NCBI GenBank assembly: GCA_947381905.1
Contig: CANCXL010000006.1
Span: 448 to 64,447 of the forward strand
DNA length: 64,000 bases
Direction: 5' to 3'
DNA from: an uncultured Clostridiaceae bacterium
Lineage (GTDB): Bacteria > Bacillota > Clostridia > TANB77 > CAG-465
The notes under the pieces were generated by a model. That model made no database searches. It was not told where the DNA came from and saw only the letters and a list, made by a program, of their open reading frames with translations. The translations under genes and the position numbers were made by a program. This document shows, in pieces, positions 29,405-38,672 of the stretch; within the stretch, counting starts at the first letter, position 1; every line of letters starts with the position of its first letter.

Positions 29405-29540
29405 CAAAAAAACGAGACAATACGCCTATATGCGTAAAGTCTCGTTATATACCAAATTTATTATAGTATATTATGCAGCGGGTAATATATCTACCGTGAC
29501 TGACGCTACATAACAATAAAGAAACTACTCCCTTTACATT
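29405..29540 (-). promoter_or_regulatory. yybP-ykoY-like (Mn2+) riboswitch with intrinsic terminator expression platform
   Basis: Minus-strand RNA GUAAAGGGAGUAG...GCUGCAUAAUAUAC...GUAUAUAACGAGACUUUAC. P1 is GUAAAG/CUUUAC, with the hallmark GGGAGUAG and A.GAGAC strands. Terminator ACGAGAC...GUCUCGU+U7 overlaps the 3' half of the aptamer. Confidence 0.65.
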
Positions 29541-29574
29541 ATATAAATATAACATAATATACAAAAAATGTCAA

Positions 29575-29823
29575 TTATTCTGCTTCTGTTCTTTTAATAA
29601 ACTCATTAAATATGTCGTCAGCTAGTTCTTCATCTGTTACTTCTTCATATTCTACTTCATCTTCAGTTGCAAGCGGTATTATTTTAAATATAACTACTTC
29701 ATCCTCACTATCTTCTGGTAACATTACTGCAAATTCATCATCATCTCTATATATTACATCTAAAATTTCATATTGTACTTTTTTCCCCTCATCGTCTGTT
29801 AATTCAATCATTTCATCATTCAT
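29575..29823 (-). CDS. DUF1292-family small acidic protein
   Basis: IELTDDEGKKVQYEILDVI...DDEFAVMLPED pattern typical of DUF1292. Confidence 0.75.
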   Translation of the reverse strand: MNDEMIELTDDEGKKVQYEILDVIYRDDDEFAVMLPEDSEDEVVIFKIIPLATEDEVEYEEVTDEELADDIFNEFIKRTEAE

Positions 29824-30162
29824 AAATAATTCCTCCTTTATTTAACACTAATATTATATCCTTAATTTATATATTTATTATATAATTAATTGTTTTAATT
29901 ATATTAAATGCAATTTTAAAATCCAGTATATATTCTATATATAAATATTAGCATAAATTTACACGTTTTTAAAGCTATTTTTTTCAATTTTATTATTCAA
30001 TATATAAATATATAAACACAAATATTTATCTTTTTTTAATCTATTTAAAAAACAAATTTATGAACAAAAAATGGTAAAATGTCATTTTTATTTGATTTTT
30101 GTAAATTTTTACGATACAATTTAAATATACAAATTAAAGCATGTCATAAAGGAGAGGTTTAT

Positions 30163-31017
30163 ATGTTTGGAAAAAGAAGTGATGGAAGAGTAATAAAAAC
30201 ACTAGCTCCAGAATTTAAATTAATGCCTAGTTTAATGTCTGAAAGAAGTGATGCACATGTATACTTTAACCAAGATGTTAAAATAGATGCTATAAATGAA
30301 TACATTGCAAAAAAACAAGAAGAGGGTATAAAATTTAGTATAATGGAAGTAATAATTGCTGCAATAGTTAGAATTATTGCTACAAGACCACAATTAAATA
30401 GATTTGTAATGAAAGGAAGAACATACGCTAGAAATCACATATGTATTTCTCTAACTATAAAAAAATCTATGACTGATGATGCAGAAGAGACTACAGTGAA
30501 ATTTTATTTTGATGGAACTGAAAACATATTTGAAATCAAAGAAAAAATTGCAAAATTGCTTGTAGAAAACAAAAAAGAAGAAAAAAATAATGGAACAGAT
30601 AAAACAGCAAGAATGCTTACAATGGTTCCTACTCCAATAATTAGAGGTGCTGTAGGCCTTATAAAATGGTTAGATAAACATAATCATTTACCTAAAGGAT
30701 TAATTAAAGTTAGTCCATTCCACACAAGTTGTTATGTAACAAATGTAGGATCTTTGGGAATTGATTCAATATACCACCATTTATATAATTTTGGTACAAC
30801 AAGTATGTTCTTTGCAATTGGTAAAAAGAAAAAATCATATATGTATGAAGATGATGAGATAAAGCAAGAAAGAGTAATTAATTTAGCTTTTGTAGGTGAT
30901 GAGAGGATATGCGATGGTCATTACTATGCCATGTCTTTTAGAACATTAAATAGACTTCTATCTCACCCTGAATTACTCGAATCAAATCTTACTGAAATTG
31001 TACAAGATATAAAATAG
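30163..31017 (+). CDS. 2-oxoacid dehydrogenase acyltransferase catalytic-domain-like protein (no lipoyl domain)
   Basis: ATG at 30163 follows an AAAGGAGAGG SD. C-terminal DERICDGHYY resembles the DHRxxDG catalytic motif. Confidence 0.7.
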   Translation: MFGKRSDGRVIKTLAPEFKLMPSLMSERSDAHVYFNQDVKIDAINEYIAKKQEEGIKFSIMEVIIAAIVRIIATRPQLNRFVMKGRTYARNHICISLTIKKSMTDDAEETTVKFYFDGTENIFEIKEKIAKLLVENKKEEKNNGTDKTARMLTMVPTPIIRGAVGLIKWLDKHNHLPKGLIKVSPFHTSCYVTNVGSLGIDSIYHHLYNFGTTSMFFAIGKKKKSYMYEDDEIKQERVINLAFVGDERICDGHYYAMSFRTLNRLLSHPELLESNLTEIVQDIK

Positions 31018-31030
31018 TATATAAATATTA

Positions 31031-31058
31031 AAAAATCCTGCTTTAATACAGGATTTTT
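31031..31058. terminator. bidirectional terminator between convergent genes
   Basis: Stem AAAAATCCTG/CAGGATTTTT. Confidence 0.7.
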
Positions 31059-31088
31059 TATATTTAAGTTTAACAATGTTATATATAT

Positions 31089-31898
31089 TTAATTTATATA
31101 TTCCATAATTCCTTTAAAGAAATTAAAACTTTTCACATAATTTATTATCTTTTCTTCTTTAGTATTTCCATTTAAAAAATCTATGGCATATTCTAAAACT
31201 ATTGGATATGTATAATTTATATTACTTATATTTTTTAATGCATCTTTAATCTCATTTAAATCTATAGAAGCTTCTTTTATATAATAATGATCTTCTTTAT
31301 TTACAACGCTATGAATATGAACATTATTTATTCTTTCAACTTGTAATTTACTTAGTTTTGAAGGTTTATTATTATCGTATATATCATGACCTATATCATA
31401 GGTAAAAGCTAGATCTTTAAACTTCTCTAAAATATTATCTATATTGTTGATATTTATTCTTTCTATACTATCTATCATATTTAAATTTTCAAGTGATGCT
31501 GTAATATTGAGATTGTATTTTTTTATATAATTTAATATTCTTTCTATATAAATTATAGTGTTAATAATATTCTTTTCCATATTATTATCATTATCATATA
31601 AACTATGAAATACAACATTTATATTATATTTTAAATCATTAGAAATTTTATTTAATAATTTTAAATACTTTATGACATCTTTTTCATCTATTATCTGTGA
31701 AGGAAAATGAAATCTAAAAATTAAATTATTTATTCTACATAATTTTGCACATTTTCTTATATTTTCTACATTTAAGCTACTCATTTCAATTCCATCTATA
31801 TTATTGTTTCCATATTTGTTTATAGTGTCTATAATAAGTTCTACACTTATATCTTTATCGCCTTTATCACAAAAAGAAAATAATAGTTTATTATTCAT
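31089..31898 (-). CDS. xylose-isomerase-like TIM-barrel protein (sugar phosphate isomerase/epimerase or AP-endonuclease-2 fold)
   Basis: Strand-end pattern IDGIEM, FHFP, VVFHS, SLENL, YDIGHD, VHIHS, VLEYA. Confidence 0.55.
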   Translation of the reverse strand: MNNKLLFSFCDKGDKDISVELIIDTINKYGNNNIDGIEMSSLNVENIRKCAKLCRINNLIFRFHFPSQIIDEKDVIKYLKLLNKISNDLKYNINVVFHSLYDNDNNMEKNIINTIIYIERILNYIKKYNLNITASLENLNMIDSIERININNIDNILEKFKDLAFTYDIGHDIYDNNKPSKLSKLQVERINNVHIHSVVNKEDHYYIKEASIDLNEIKDALKNISNINYTYPIVLEYAIDFLNGNTKEEKIINYVKSFNFFKGIMEYIN

Positions 31899-31973
31899 AC
31901 CTATCCTCCATAATATCTACAATAATTATAAAAATAAAGCTCTGCTGTATTTAGCAGAACTTTATAAAATATT

Positions 31974-32063
31974 TGGCGGAGAGTGAGGGGTTCGAACCCT
32001 CGCGCCCGTTGCCAGACCTAACAGTTTAGCAAACTGTCCCCTTCACCACTTGGGTAACTCTCC
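31974..32063 (-). tRNA. tRNA-Ser (anticodon GCT), CCA encoded
   Basis: Reverse complement GGAGAGTTACCCAAGTGG...CAGTTTGCTAAACTG...long variable arm...GAGGGTTCGAACCCCTC...CCGCCA. Own TTGACT/TATAAT promoter at 32086-32114. Confidence 0.9.
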
Positions 32064-32142
32064 AAACAATTTTTGCTACTCCTACATTATAACAATAACG
32101 CGTTAATAAGTCAACAATTTTAAATTATTTTTTAAAAATAAG

Positions 32143-32166
32143 AGAGGCATATTATAATATGCCTCT
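32143..32166 (-). terminator. terminator after the collagen-like gene
   Basis: Stem AGAGGCATAT/ATATGCCTCT, T-rich tail on the minus strand. Confidence 0.7.
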
Positions 32167-32172
32167 ACTTTT

Positions 32173-32820
32173 TTATATTAATGATAAAGATACATCATCT
32201 AAATCTAAAGATTGTTCTCCTGATGAATTTACTAAAAATTTAATTATAATCGCTGTTGTATCTGCTGGAGCTTTTGTAGTAATTAGTTGATAAAATGCAA
32301 AATCTCTGTTTGAATTTGTTATATCTTGTTGTCTTATAGATAGATTTCCTCCATCTACTTCTCCATTTTCTGTTTCAAAAACAACACTTGCATTTAATCC
32401 TACCCTATCACCTTCACCTCTGGCAAAAAATGATAATCTATAGTAGCATCCTTCAGATATCGGTATTCTTTGAGATATGCTAGAACTATCTTCAATATTT
32501 ACAGAATAATTACCAGAATGGACTCTTCCTTGAGCATCATTTGATGTTACTCCATCTTCATTTTCAAATATCCAATTAGTAGGCTTATCATTTTCAATAT
32601 CTTCCATATTTCCATTTGTTACTAATTCTCCATTTGAAATACAATCACAATTACATTCACCAGCAGGCCCAGTTGCACCTGTTGCTCCAGTCACTCCGGT
32701 AGGACCTGTAGCTCCAGTTGGTCCAACTTTGCAATCATCGTGTGGTCTACATGCTGGAATTACACAAATATCATCACAATCGCATAAATCGAATGATCTT
32801 TTACATTTATCTTTTTTCAT
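32173..32820 (-). CDS. Cys-rich collagen-like (GXT repeat) protein with C-terminal carbohydrate-binding-module-like jelly-roll; probable spore surface protein
   Basis: ATG at 32820 follows an AAGGGGGA SD. CxxxxxxCDCDDICVIPAC, seven G-X-T triplets (GPTGATGPTGVTGATGATGPAG), CNCDC, then NGNMED...W as in CBM4/9-type modules. Confidence 0.75.
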   Translation of the reverse strand: MKKDKCKRSFDLCDCDDICVIPACRPHDDCKVGPTGATGPTGVTGATGATGPAGECNCDCISNGELVTNGNMEDIENDKPTNWIFENEDGVTSNDAQGRVHSGNYSVNIEDSSSISQRIPISEGCYYRLSFFARGEGDRVGLNASVVFETENGEVDGGNLSIRQQDITNSNRDFAFYQLITTKAPADTTAIIIKFLVNSSGEQSLDLDDVSLSLI

Positions 32821-32854
32821 TAAAATCCCCCTTTTCTTAAGCACATGCTCTGTA

Positions 32855-32882
32855 TATTATATGGGATTTTTTGGGGCTTAGT
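32855..32882 (-). promoter_or_regulatory. candidate sigma-K-type (late mother-cell) promoter of the collagen-like gene
   Basis: Minus strand AC, 17 nt, CATATAATA fits the Bacillus sigma-K consensus AC-N17-CATAnnnTA. No good sigma-A -35. Confidence 0.35.
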
Positions 32883-32923
32883 TACAAAAAAAATAGAACG
32901 TTAAAACGTTCTATTCTTTTATA

Positions 32924-33012
32924 TGGCGGATGAGGTAGGATTCGAACCCACGGTGCCTTTCGACATCACCAGTTTTCAAGACTGGCTCCTTAAACCACTC
33001 GGACACTCATCC
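32924..33012 (-). tRNA. tRNA-Ser (anticodon TGA), CCA encoded
   Basis: Reverse complement GGATGAGTGTCCGAGTGG...CCAGTCTTGAAAACTGG...variable arm...GTGGGTTCGAATCCTAC...CCGCCA. Promoter TTGACA (33053-33058) / TGATATAAT (33031-33036). Confidence 0.9.
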
Positions 33013-33073
33013 ATTAATGATACGTTTATTATTATATCACTAAATTTTATTTTGTCAATACCTTGCTTAAAAT

Positions 33074-33421
33074 TTATTTTCTTTTAAAGATATTTTTAAT
33101 TTTTCCAATTAATTTATTAAATAAATTTTGTTTTTTGGGTAAAATCAATTCCTGTTCTTTACTAGTATTGACTATTTTTTCAATTTTATTATTATCATTA
33201 TTTTTTAAATACTTGTTGTATATAATTTCTATAAAAGCTTCCGTTTCTTCTTTTAGCTTTTCATCACTTAAATTCCTAGTGTAATCTAAATTAACAGTAT
33301 AAGTGTAATCTTTATTTTGTGTAAAAAACTTTTTTACTTCTTGAGGTATTTTGGCTTGTTCTTTAGAATCCATATGATTTATTATATATTCCATTTCTGC
33401 ACATGCTTCCTCAAAGTTCAT
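33074..33421 (-). CDS. hypothetical protein (115 aa)
   Basis: ORF with a GGTGA SD, translationally close to the upstream gene. Confidence 0.5.
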   Translation of the reverse strand: MNFEEACAEMEYIINHMDSKEQAKIPQEVKKFFTQNKDYTYTVNLDYTRNLSDEKLKEETEAFIEIIYNKYLKNNDNNKIEKIVNTSKEQELILPKKQNLFNKLIGKIKNIFKRK

Positions 33422-33433
33422 TTAATCACCTAC

Positions 33434-34852
33434 TTATCTTTTGTATTCATCAATTTCATTTATTCTTGTTTTATCAGTCCTATCATTTGCAATTTTTTGT
33501 AAATTATCTATTTCTTCCTTCTCAATATCTTTTTCTTTTTTCTTTACCATCCAGTCTAAACACTCATTTAATACACCTTTAGATTTTTCTTTTTGTGCAA
33601 TATATTGTAGTTCGTATGAATTATAACAGTTTTTCTCTCTAATTAATTCCTTTGTCTCGTTTTCTCTTTCTCTAGATATTTCAGTATACTCAACTATATT
33701 ATCATACATATTATTCATAATAACATCTTTATCTTTAATAGTTAATTCTGCTCTATTAGCACTATTAGTAAACCCTGATGGTGAGTCTTGATTTATATAT
33801 CTTTTTATTGCAAGAACAGCTTGTTCCTTATTGTATTTTTCTAAAGTATCTTTTGTTGCTTTTCTTAATATATTCTCTTCGTTTAGTGCTTCTCGTTTAT
33901 CCTTAAATTTCTCATCTCTTGAGATAGAATCAACAAAGATATTTGATACAATTTCACTCATTTCACCTTGACTTACATACTTTTGTATATTGTCTCTTGC
34001 TCCACCATTATTAGTAAAATATTTACTATAACCTTCTTCTACATATTTCATTAATGCAGCTTTTACTTGCTTTTTTGCTTTGTCTGTTCCTTGTAACTTA
34101 GAATATTTTTTATATGTCTCATCTATTGCATTTTCAACAAATACCCTTTTTGTCTCAAGATCCATTTTGTCTGCTACATAAACTCTATCATTTCTAGATA
34201 TGTTAGTATTAATAGATTTTACATCTTCATCAGATAAAACAAAATAATTAAATTGTCTCTCATCTAAATCTGCAACATGTCTTTCATTAAACCTAGTATT
34301 ATTTCCAAAATATTCTATTTTTGCACCTTTACTTATTCTTGCAGAATCCCAAGTAACATCTAGTGCTATTGTTTTTCCATCTATTGTTATATTATTCCAT
34401 GCATGTTTTTCAGGGTTATCATTATTTCCTAATGCTTCTCCTCTAATATATTCACACTCTATATTTTGCCTATCCATCATCTCTTTAAATAATAATGCAT
34501 ACCCTGCACAGACAGCTTTTCCACTTAATATTGTAGTTAAATTTGAATCTTGTTGATGTCTACCCGCTTCAAAGTATTTATAATCATATGATACATTTTT
34601 ACCTATAGTCTCATAAATATACTTTGCTTTTTGCCAATCATTCCATTCGTCTGGAATATTTGCCTCTATCTCTCTCATTTTAGTGATTATATTTTTTATA
34701 TCTCTTCCCGAATAAGTTACTCTTCTTTCATATCTTTCTCTATTGTATTTTTCTTTGTCTAATCCACCTTTTATTACAACTTGCTCTTCATCGTCAATTT
34801 GAGATAACTTATAATTCTTTTCTAGTTCTACTGTATTTCTTGCTCTAATCAT
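33434..34852 (-). CDS. transglutaminase-like cysteine-protease-fold protein with long helical C-terminal extension
   Basis: Cys-His-Asp core: KAVCAGYALLFKEMM ... HAWNNITIDGKTIALDVTWD. Confidence 0.7.
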   Translation of the reverse strand: MIRARNTVELEKNYKLSQIDDEEQVVIKGGLDKEKYNRERYERRVTYSGRDIKNIITKMREIEANIPDEWNDWQKAKYIYETIGKNVSYDYKYFEAGRHQQDSNLTTILSGKAVCAGYALLFKEMMDRQNIECEYIRGEALGNNDNPEKHAWNNITIDGKTIALDVTWDSARISKGAKIEYFGNNTRFNERHVADLDERQFNYFVLSDEDVKSINTNISRNDRVYVADKMDLETKRVFVENAIDETYKKYSKLQGTDKAKKQVKAALMKYVEEGYSKYFTNNGGARDNIQKYVSQGEMSEIVSNIFVDSISRDEKFKDKREALNEENILRKATKDTLEKYNKEQAVLAIKRYINQDSPSGFTNSANRAELTIKDKDVIMNNMYDNIVEYTEISRERENETKELIREKNCYNSYELQYIAQKEKSKGVLNECLDWMVKKKEKDIEKEEIDNLQKIANDRTDKTRINEIDEYKR

Positions 34853-34860
34853 ATTATCAC

Positions 34861-35568
34861 CTAAACTTTATACATATCATTATAAATGACATTGTATCCC
34901 ATTTCTTTTAATTTATTTACATGTTCATTTGTATCATTATTTCCAATCCAATCAATAGATATAGTATCTAAATTAGAATAATTTTTTAATATGTCATATC
35001 TAAATTCTGGTATATCTTCAATAGATAAATAATTTATTGGCATATAAAAATCTATTTTATCCATTGTAAACTTTTCTACGTTTTTTATAACTAATTTTTC
35101 TAGTAAATTTTGGTTTTTCAAGAATTCAAAGGAATTGCAATTAGTATTAATAATGCTTAATTGAGATAGTTTAATTTTAAACTCTAAATCACAATTAATT
35201 TTACATCCAATAAAAGATATATTTTTAACATTTAATTCTTCAATTGTATCAATAATGCAATTATAAAAGACTATTTCATCTACATTATCCAAATACTTAA
35301 TATTTTCACAAGTAATTCTATTATTTTTTATTTCTATTTTCTTTAAATTTGGGAATAATTTAATATCCTCAAAATATACATTATTCTGTTTTCCAGAAAT
35401 AGTAACTGAATTAAGTGTTATTTCTTCAATTTTTAGTAAATCTTCAAGTTCAATATTTGATTTATTAATCATAAACTTGATATTCTCTTTTAATTGTTCA
35501 TTTTTTATTACATACTCTGGATTTAGTTTATTTGTCAAATCCATTGTATTGTCAATAATTTTTGACAT
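34861..35568 (-). CDS. leucine-rich-repeat-like protein
   Basis: ATG at 35568 follows AGAGGAGA. Repeated L..L..L.I.N periodicity of about 22 aa. Confidence 0.5.
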   Translation of the reverse strand: MSKIIDNTMDLTNKLNPEYVIKNEQLKENIKFMINKSNIELEDLLKIEEITLNSVTISGKQNNVYFEDIKLFPNLKKIEIKNNRITCENIKYLDNVDEIVFYNCIIDTIEELNVKNISFIGCKINCDLEFKIKLSQLSIINTNCNSFEFLKNQNLLEKLVIKNVEKFTMDKIDFYMPINYLSIEDIPEFRYDILKNYSNLDTISIDWIGNNDTNEHVNKLKEMGYNVIYNDMYKV

Positions 35569-35722
35569 AATATCTCCTCTTTTCACTTTATATTATATGA
35601 TAACATAAATATAATTAAATAATCAACAAATATATTAAATCTGTATTCCTATAATTATGTATACTAGTACTATATCATAATCGTATAATAAAATATAGTT
35701 ATTAATTCAAAAAGTCCCTATT

Positions 35723-35986
35723 TTAATAGGAACTTTTCTTTCTTTTAAATCCAAATGATCTATCTACTTCTTTTACATTTATACTAGAATTTTTATATTT
35801 TTGTATAATTTCATCTATAGATTTTCTAATATATTGTTGATTAGAATTATCTTGTATTACTATATCACAAGAATTATTTTTTAAAGTAATTATAGTATTT
35901 TCACCATATTTTGTCACACAAATTTCGGTGTCTTTATTAAACACTATTTTACTTCCCTTTTTTAACTTAATAAAGAAATTATTCAT
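35723..35986 (-). CDS. hypothetical small protein (87 aa)
   Basis: ORF with an AAGGAGAA SD. Confidence 0.45.
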   Translation of the reverse strand: MNNFFIKLKKGSKIVFNKDTEICVTKYGENTIITLKNNSCDIVIQDNSNQQYIRKSIDEIIQKYKNSSINVKEVDRSFGFKRKKSSY

Positions 35987-36072
35987 TATGTTTTCTCCTT
36001 TCTACATTAGTAGTATTATAAAAGTATAAATTATGTCATATTATACTACTTATATTTTTATTATACAATAGA

Positions 36073-36099
36073 AAGGAGTAACAATTTTTGTTACTCCTT
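36073..36099 (-). terminator. terminator after parB
   Basis: Stem AAGGAGTAACA/TGTTACTCCTT. Confidence 0.7.
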
Positions 36100-36129
36100 G
36101 AATTATTTATTTAATATATAACTTGTAAT

Positions 36130-37020
36130 TTAAATTTCAATATCTAATAAATTTAATAAGCTTTCTAATCCTTCTTCGTCATTGTATTCTATTATTAATC
36201 TTTGATGCTTCTTTGTTTGATCAAGCTTAACTTTATATCCAAAATAATTTTTTAATTTATTCTCTAATTTCTCATAATATACAGATTTTGGCTGTTTTTT
36301 AGTTGTTTTTTTTCTATATTTATCATCACCATATATAAGCTTTTCAACATCCCTTACAGTCAATTTATTTTCTGCAACCTTTTTAGCAATAGCTATTTGC
36401 TTTTCTGTATCATTAATTGCAAGTAAAGCTCTAGCTTGTCCTTCTACAAGATTACCATTTAAAATCATTTCTAATATTTCATCTGGTAATTTTAATAGTC
36501 TCATTATATTAGACACAGTAGAAACATTTTTTCCTGTAATTTTTGCAACTTCTCCTTGAGAATATCCATCTATTTCCATAAGTTCACGTATAGCTTGTGC
36601 AACTTCTACTATATTTAAATCTTCTCTTTGTATATTTTCAATTAAAGCAACTTGTTTTTTCTTATTATCTGTATAATCTTTTATTATTGCTGGTATAACA
36701 GTAAGACCTGCAGCTTTAGCTGCTCTCCATCTTCTTTCTCCAGCAACAATAGTATATCCGTTCTTATCTTTAACAACAAGTATTGGTTGAATTACACCAT
36801 TCTCACGTATAGAATCTGTAAGTTCATCCATTTTTTCTTTATCAAAAACTTTTCTAGGTTGATTTAGCATAGGTTCAACTTCAGTTATATTAAGTTCTAC
36901 AACTTTTTCAATAACATTATCATCTTGCTTTTTTGTTGATTTCTTAGTTACTTTTTCAATTGTAGCTGCATCATCATCACCAAAAAAAGCATCTAATCCT
37001 CTTCCTAATCCCTTAGCCAT
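36130..37020 (-). CDS. parB: chromosome partitioning protein ParB/Spo0J
   Basis: GLGRGLDAFF N-terminus, PRK...IVAGERRWRAA ParB box, HTH. Confidence 0.95.
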   Translation of the reverse strand: MAKGLGRGLDAFFGDDDAATIEKVTKKSTKKQDDNVIEKVVELNITEVEPMLNQPRKVFDKEKMDELTDSIRENGVIQPILVVKDKNGYTIVAGERRWRAAKAAGLTVIPAIIKDYTDNKKKQVALIENIQREDLNIVEVAQAIRELMEIDGYSQGEVAKITGKNVSTVSNIMRLLKLPDEILEMILNGNLVEGQARALLAINDTEKQIAIAKKVAENKLTVRDVEKLIYGDDKYRKKTTKKQPKSVYYEKLENKLKNYFGYKVKLDQTKKHQRLIIEYNDEEGLESLLNLLDIEI

Positions 37021-37021
37021 A

Positions 37022-37792
37022 TTAATCCTCCTTTTCTGTTAATTTAATTAATTCTTTTGCAAGTTTTTTATATGTTTCTGCTCCTTTAGAGTCGTTATCG
37101 TATAAAGTAATTGGCAATCCATGGCTTGGTGCCTCACTTAATCTGATATTTCTTGGAATTATAGTTTGAAAAACTTTATTTCCAAAATACTTTTCAACTT
37201 CTCTTGCTACCTCTGTTGAAAGGTTTGTCCTAGCATCAAACATAGTTAATATAACTCCCTCTATAATTAAGTCTTGATTTAAGTGTTTTTGTACCAACTT
37301 AATTGTATTTATAAGTTGTCCTAACCCTTCTAATGCATAGTATTCACATTGAATAGGTACAAGTACACTATCTGATGCTGTAAATGCATTCAATGTAATA
37401 AGTCCTAAAGATGGTGGACAATCTATTAAAATATAATCATATTCATCTTTAATATTATCTATTGCATCTTTTAACCTATTTTCTCTTGAAACCATAGAAA
37501 CAAGCTCAATTTCTGCCCCAGCCAAATTTATATTTGCTGGACATACATCTAGTTTTTTTACCATTGTTTGCACTATAGTCTCTTTCATATCCATATCATC
37601 AACTAAAACATTATATACAGATCTGTCAGTATGAGCTTCAATGCCTAATCCACTTGTTGCATTTCCTTGTGGATCTATATCTACTAATAATACTTTTTTA
37701 CCTCTTTGTGCTAAACAAGCACTCAAATTAACTGCTGTTGTTGTTTTTCCTACTCCACCTTTTTGATTAGCTATTGATATTACCCTTGCCAT
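37022..37792 (-). CDS. parA: chromosome partitioning ATPase ParA/Soj
   Basis: Deviant Walker A NQKGGVGKTTT. Confidence 0.95.
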   Translation of the reverse strand: MARVISIANQKGGVGKTTTAVNLSACLAQRGKKVLLVDIDPQGNATSGLGIEAHTDRSVYNVLVDDMDMKETIVQTMVKKLDVCPANINLAGAEIELVSMVSRENRLKDAIDNIKDEYDYILIDCPPSLGLITLNAFTASDSVLVPIQCEYYALEGLGQLINTIKLVQKHLNQDLIIEGVILTMFDARTNLSTEVAREVEKYFGNKVFQTIIPRNIRLSEAPSHGLPITLYDNDSKGAETYKKLAKELIKLTEKED

Positions 37793-37934
37793 AATGTCAC
37801 CTCATGGTAATTATATTACATTTAAAAAGAAAAGAAAAGAGCAAATTTAAAATTCGCTCTTTTTTACTATAAATATATCTATAAACATTGGTATAACTAT
37901 ACTATAAATAATTAGAAAGTTATCTAAATATCTA

Positions 37935-38660
37935 TTATAATGGTTTCTTTTTTATTTGTCCATAATTTCTTGGATACTTTTGAGGAGTATTAGAATTTTT
38001 TCTTATGTTTAATATTACTCTATTATATTCTTCATTATTAACTATATAAGAATAATTATATTTATCTTCAATTTTTAGTTTTAGTGTATTAAGGGCGTTA
38101 GCAGATATTTTAATTTCATCTTCTATACTATCACCTTTCATTACAATACATATTCCATTTACTTTAACAAATGGACTTGTATATTCAAGTAATACAGGAA
38201 GATTTGCTACAGCTCTTGATACAGAAGCATCATATACTTCTTTATATTCTTCTGTTCTTGCAATTTCTTCAGCTCTTGCATGTACAATTTTCACATTTTT
38301 TAATCCCAATTTATTTACAACTTCTTGTAAGAATATTAGTCTTTTATTTAAAGCATCAAGTAGAGTAAAATTCTTGTCTTTATAGTATATTGCAAGAACC
38401 ATACCAGGAAAACCTGCACCAGTTCCAACATCTATAATATTTTTCTCATCTTTTATTACTTTAGTGCATTCTAAACAATCTACAAAATGCTTTACTATTA
38501 TTTCATACTCATCTGTAATTGCAGTTAAGTTCATTTTTTCATTCCATTCAAGTAACATATCTTTATATTCAGCTAAATCGACACATTGTTTTTCATTAAT
38601 TGCAATATTTTGTCGCTTGCATTCTTTACATAATGTTTGTATAAATTCTTCACTTTTCAT
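37935..38660 (-). CDS. rsmG: 16S rRNA (guanine527-N7)-methyltransferase RsmG (GidB)
   Basis: DVGTGAGFPG SAM motif. Located after mnmG. ATG at 38660 follows an AGGTGAG SD. Confidence 0.9.
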   Translation of the reverse strand: MKSEEFIQTLCKECKRQNIAINEKQCVDLAEYKDMLLEWNEKMNLTAITDEYEIIVKHFVDCLECTKVIKDEKNIIDVGTGAGFPGMVLAIYYKDKNFTLLDALNKRLIFLQEVVNKLGLKNVKIVHARAEEIARTEEYKEVYDASVSRAVANLPVLLEYTSPFVKVNGICIVMKGDSIEDEIKISANALNTLKLKIEDKYNYSYIVNNEEYNRVILNIRKNSNTPQKYPRNYGQIKKKPL

Positions 38661-38672
38661 GTGAAAACTCAC

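Noticed and set aside
29612-29845. Ser-rich 77-aa plus-strand ORF
   Set aside because: It is antisense to the acidic DUF1292 gene (GAA/GAT codons read backwards give TCN/ATC). It is not a real gene.
31974-36129. Integrated mobile element or prophage remnant at the tRNA-Ser genes
   Set aside because: The window holds no integrase, recombinase or phage structural genes, and I could not find a direct repeat of either tRNA 3' end downstream. Only the unusual gene content remains, which is reported as findings.
36130-37792. parS site (TGTTNCACGTGAAACA) expected within or near parB
   Set aside because: No 16-mer close to the consensus was seen on visual scanning of 35.9-38.0 kb. The nearest is AGTTCACGTATAG in parB, which has too many mismatches. 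A computational scan allowing 2 mismatches would settle this.
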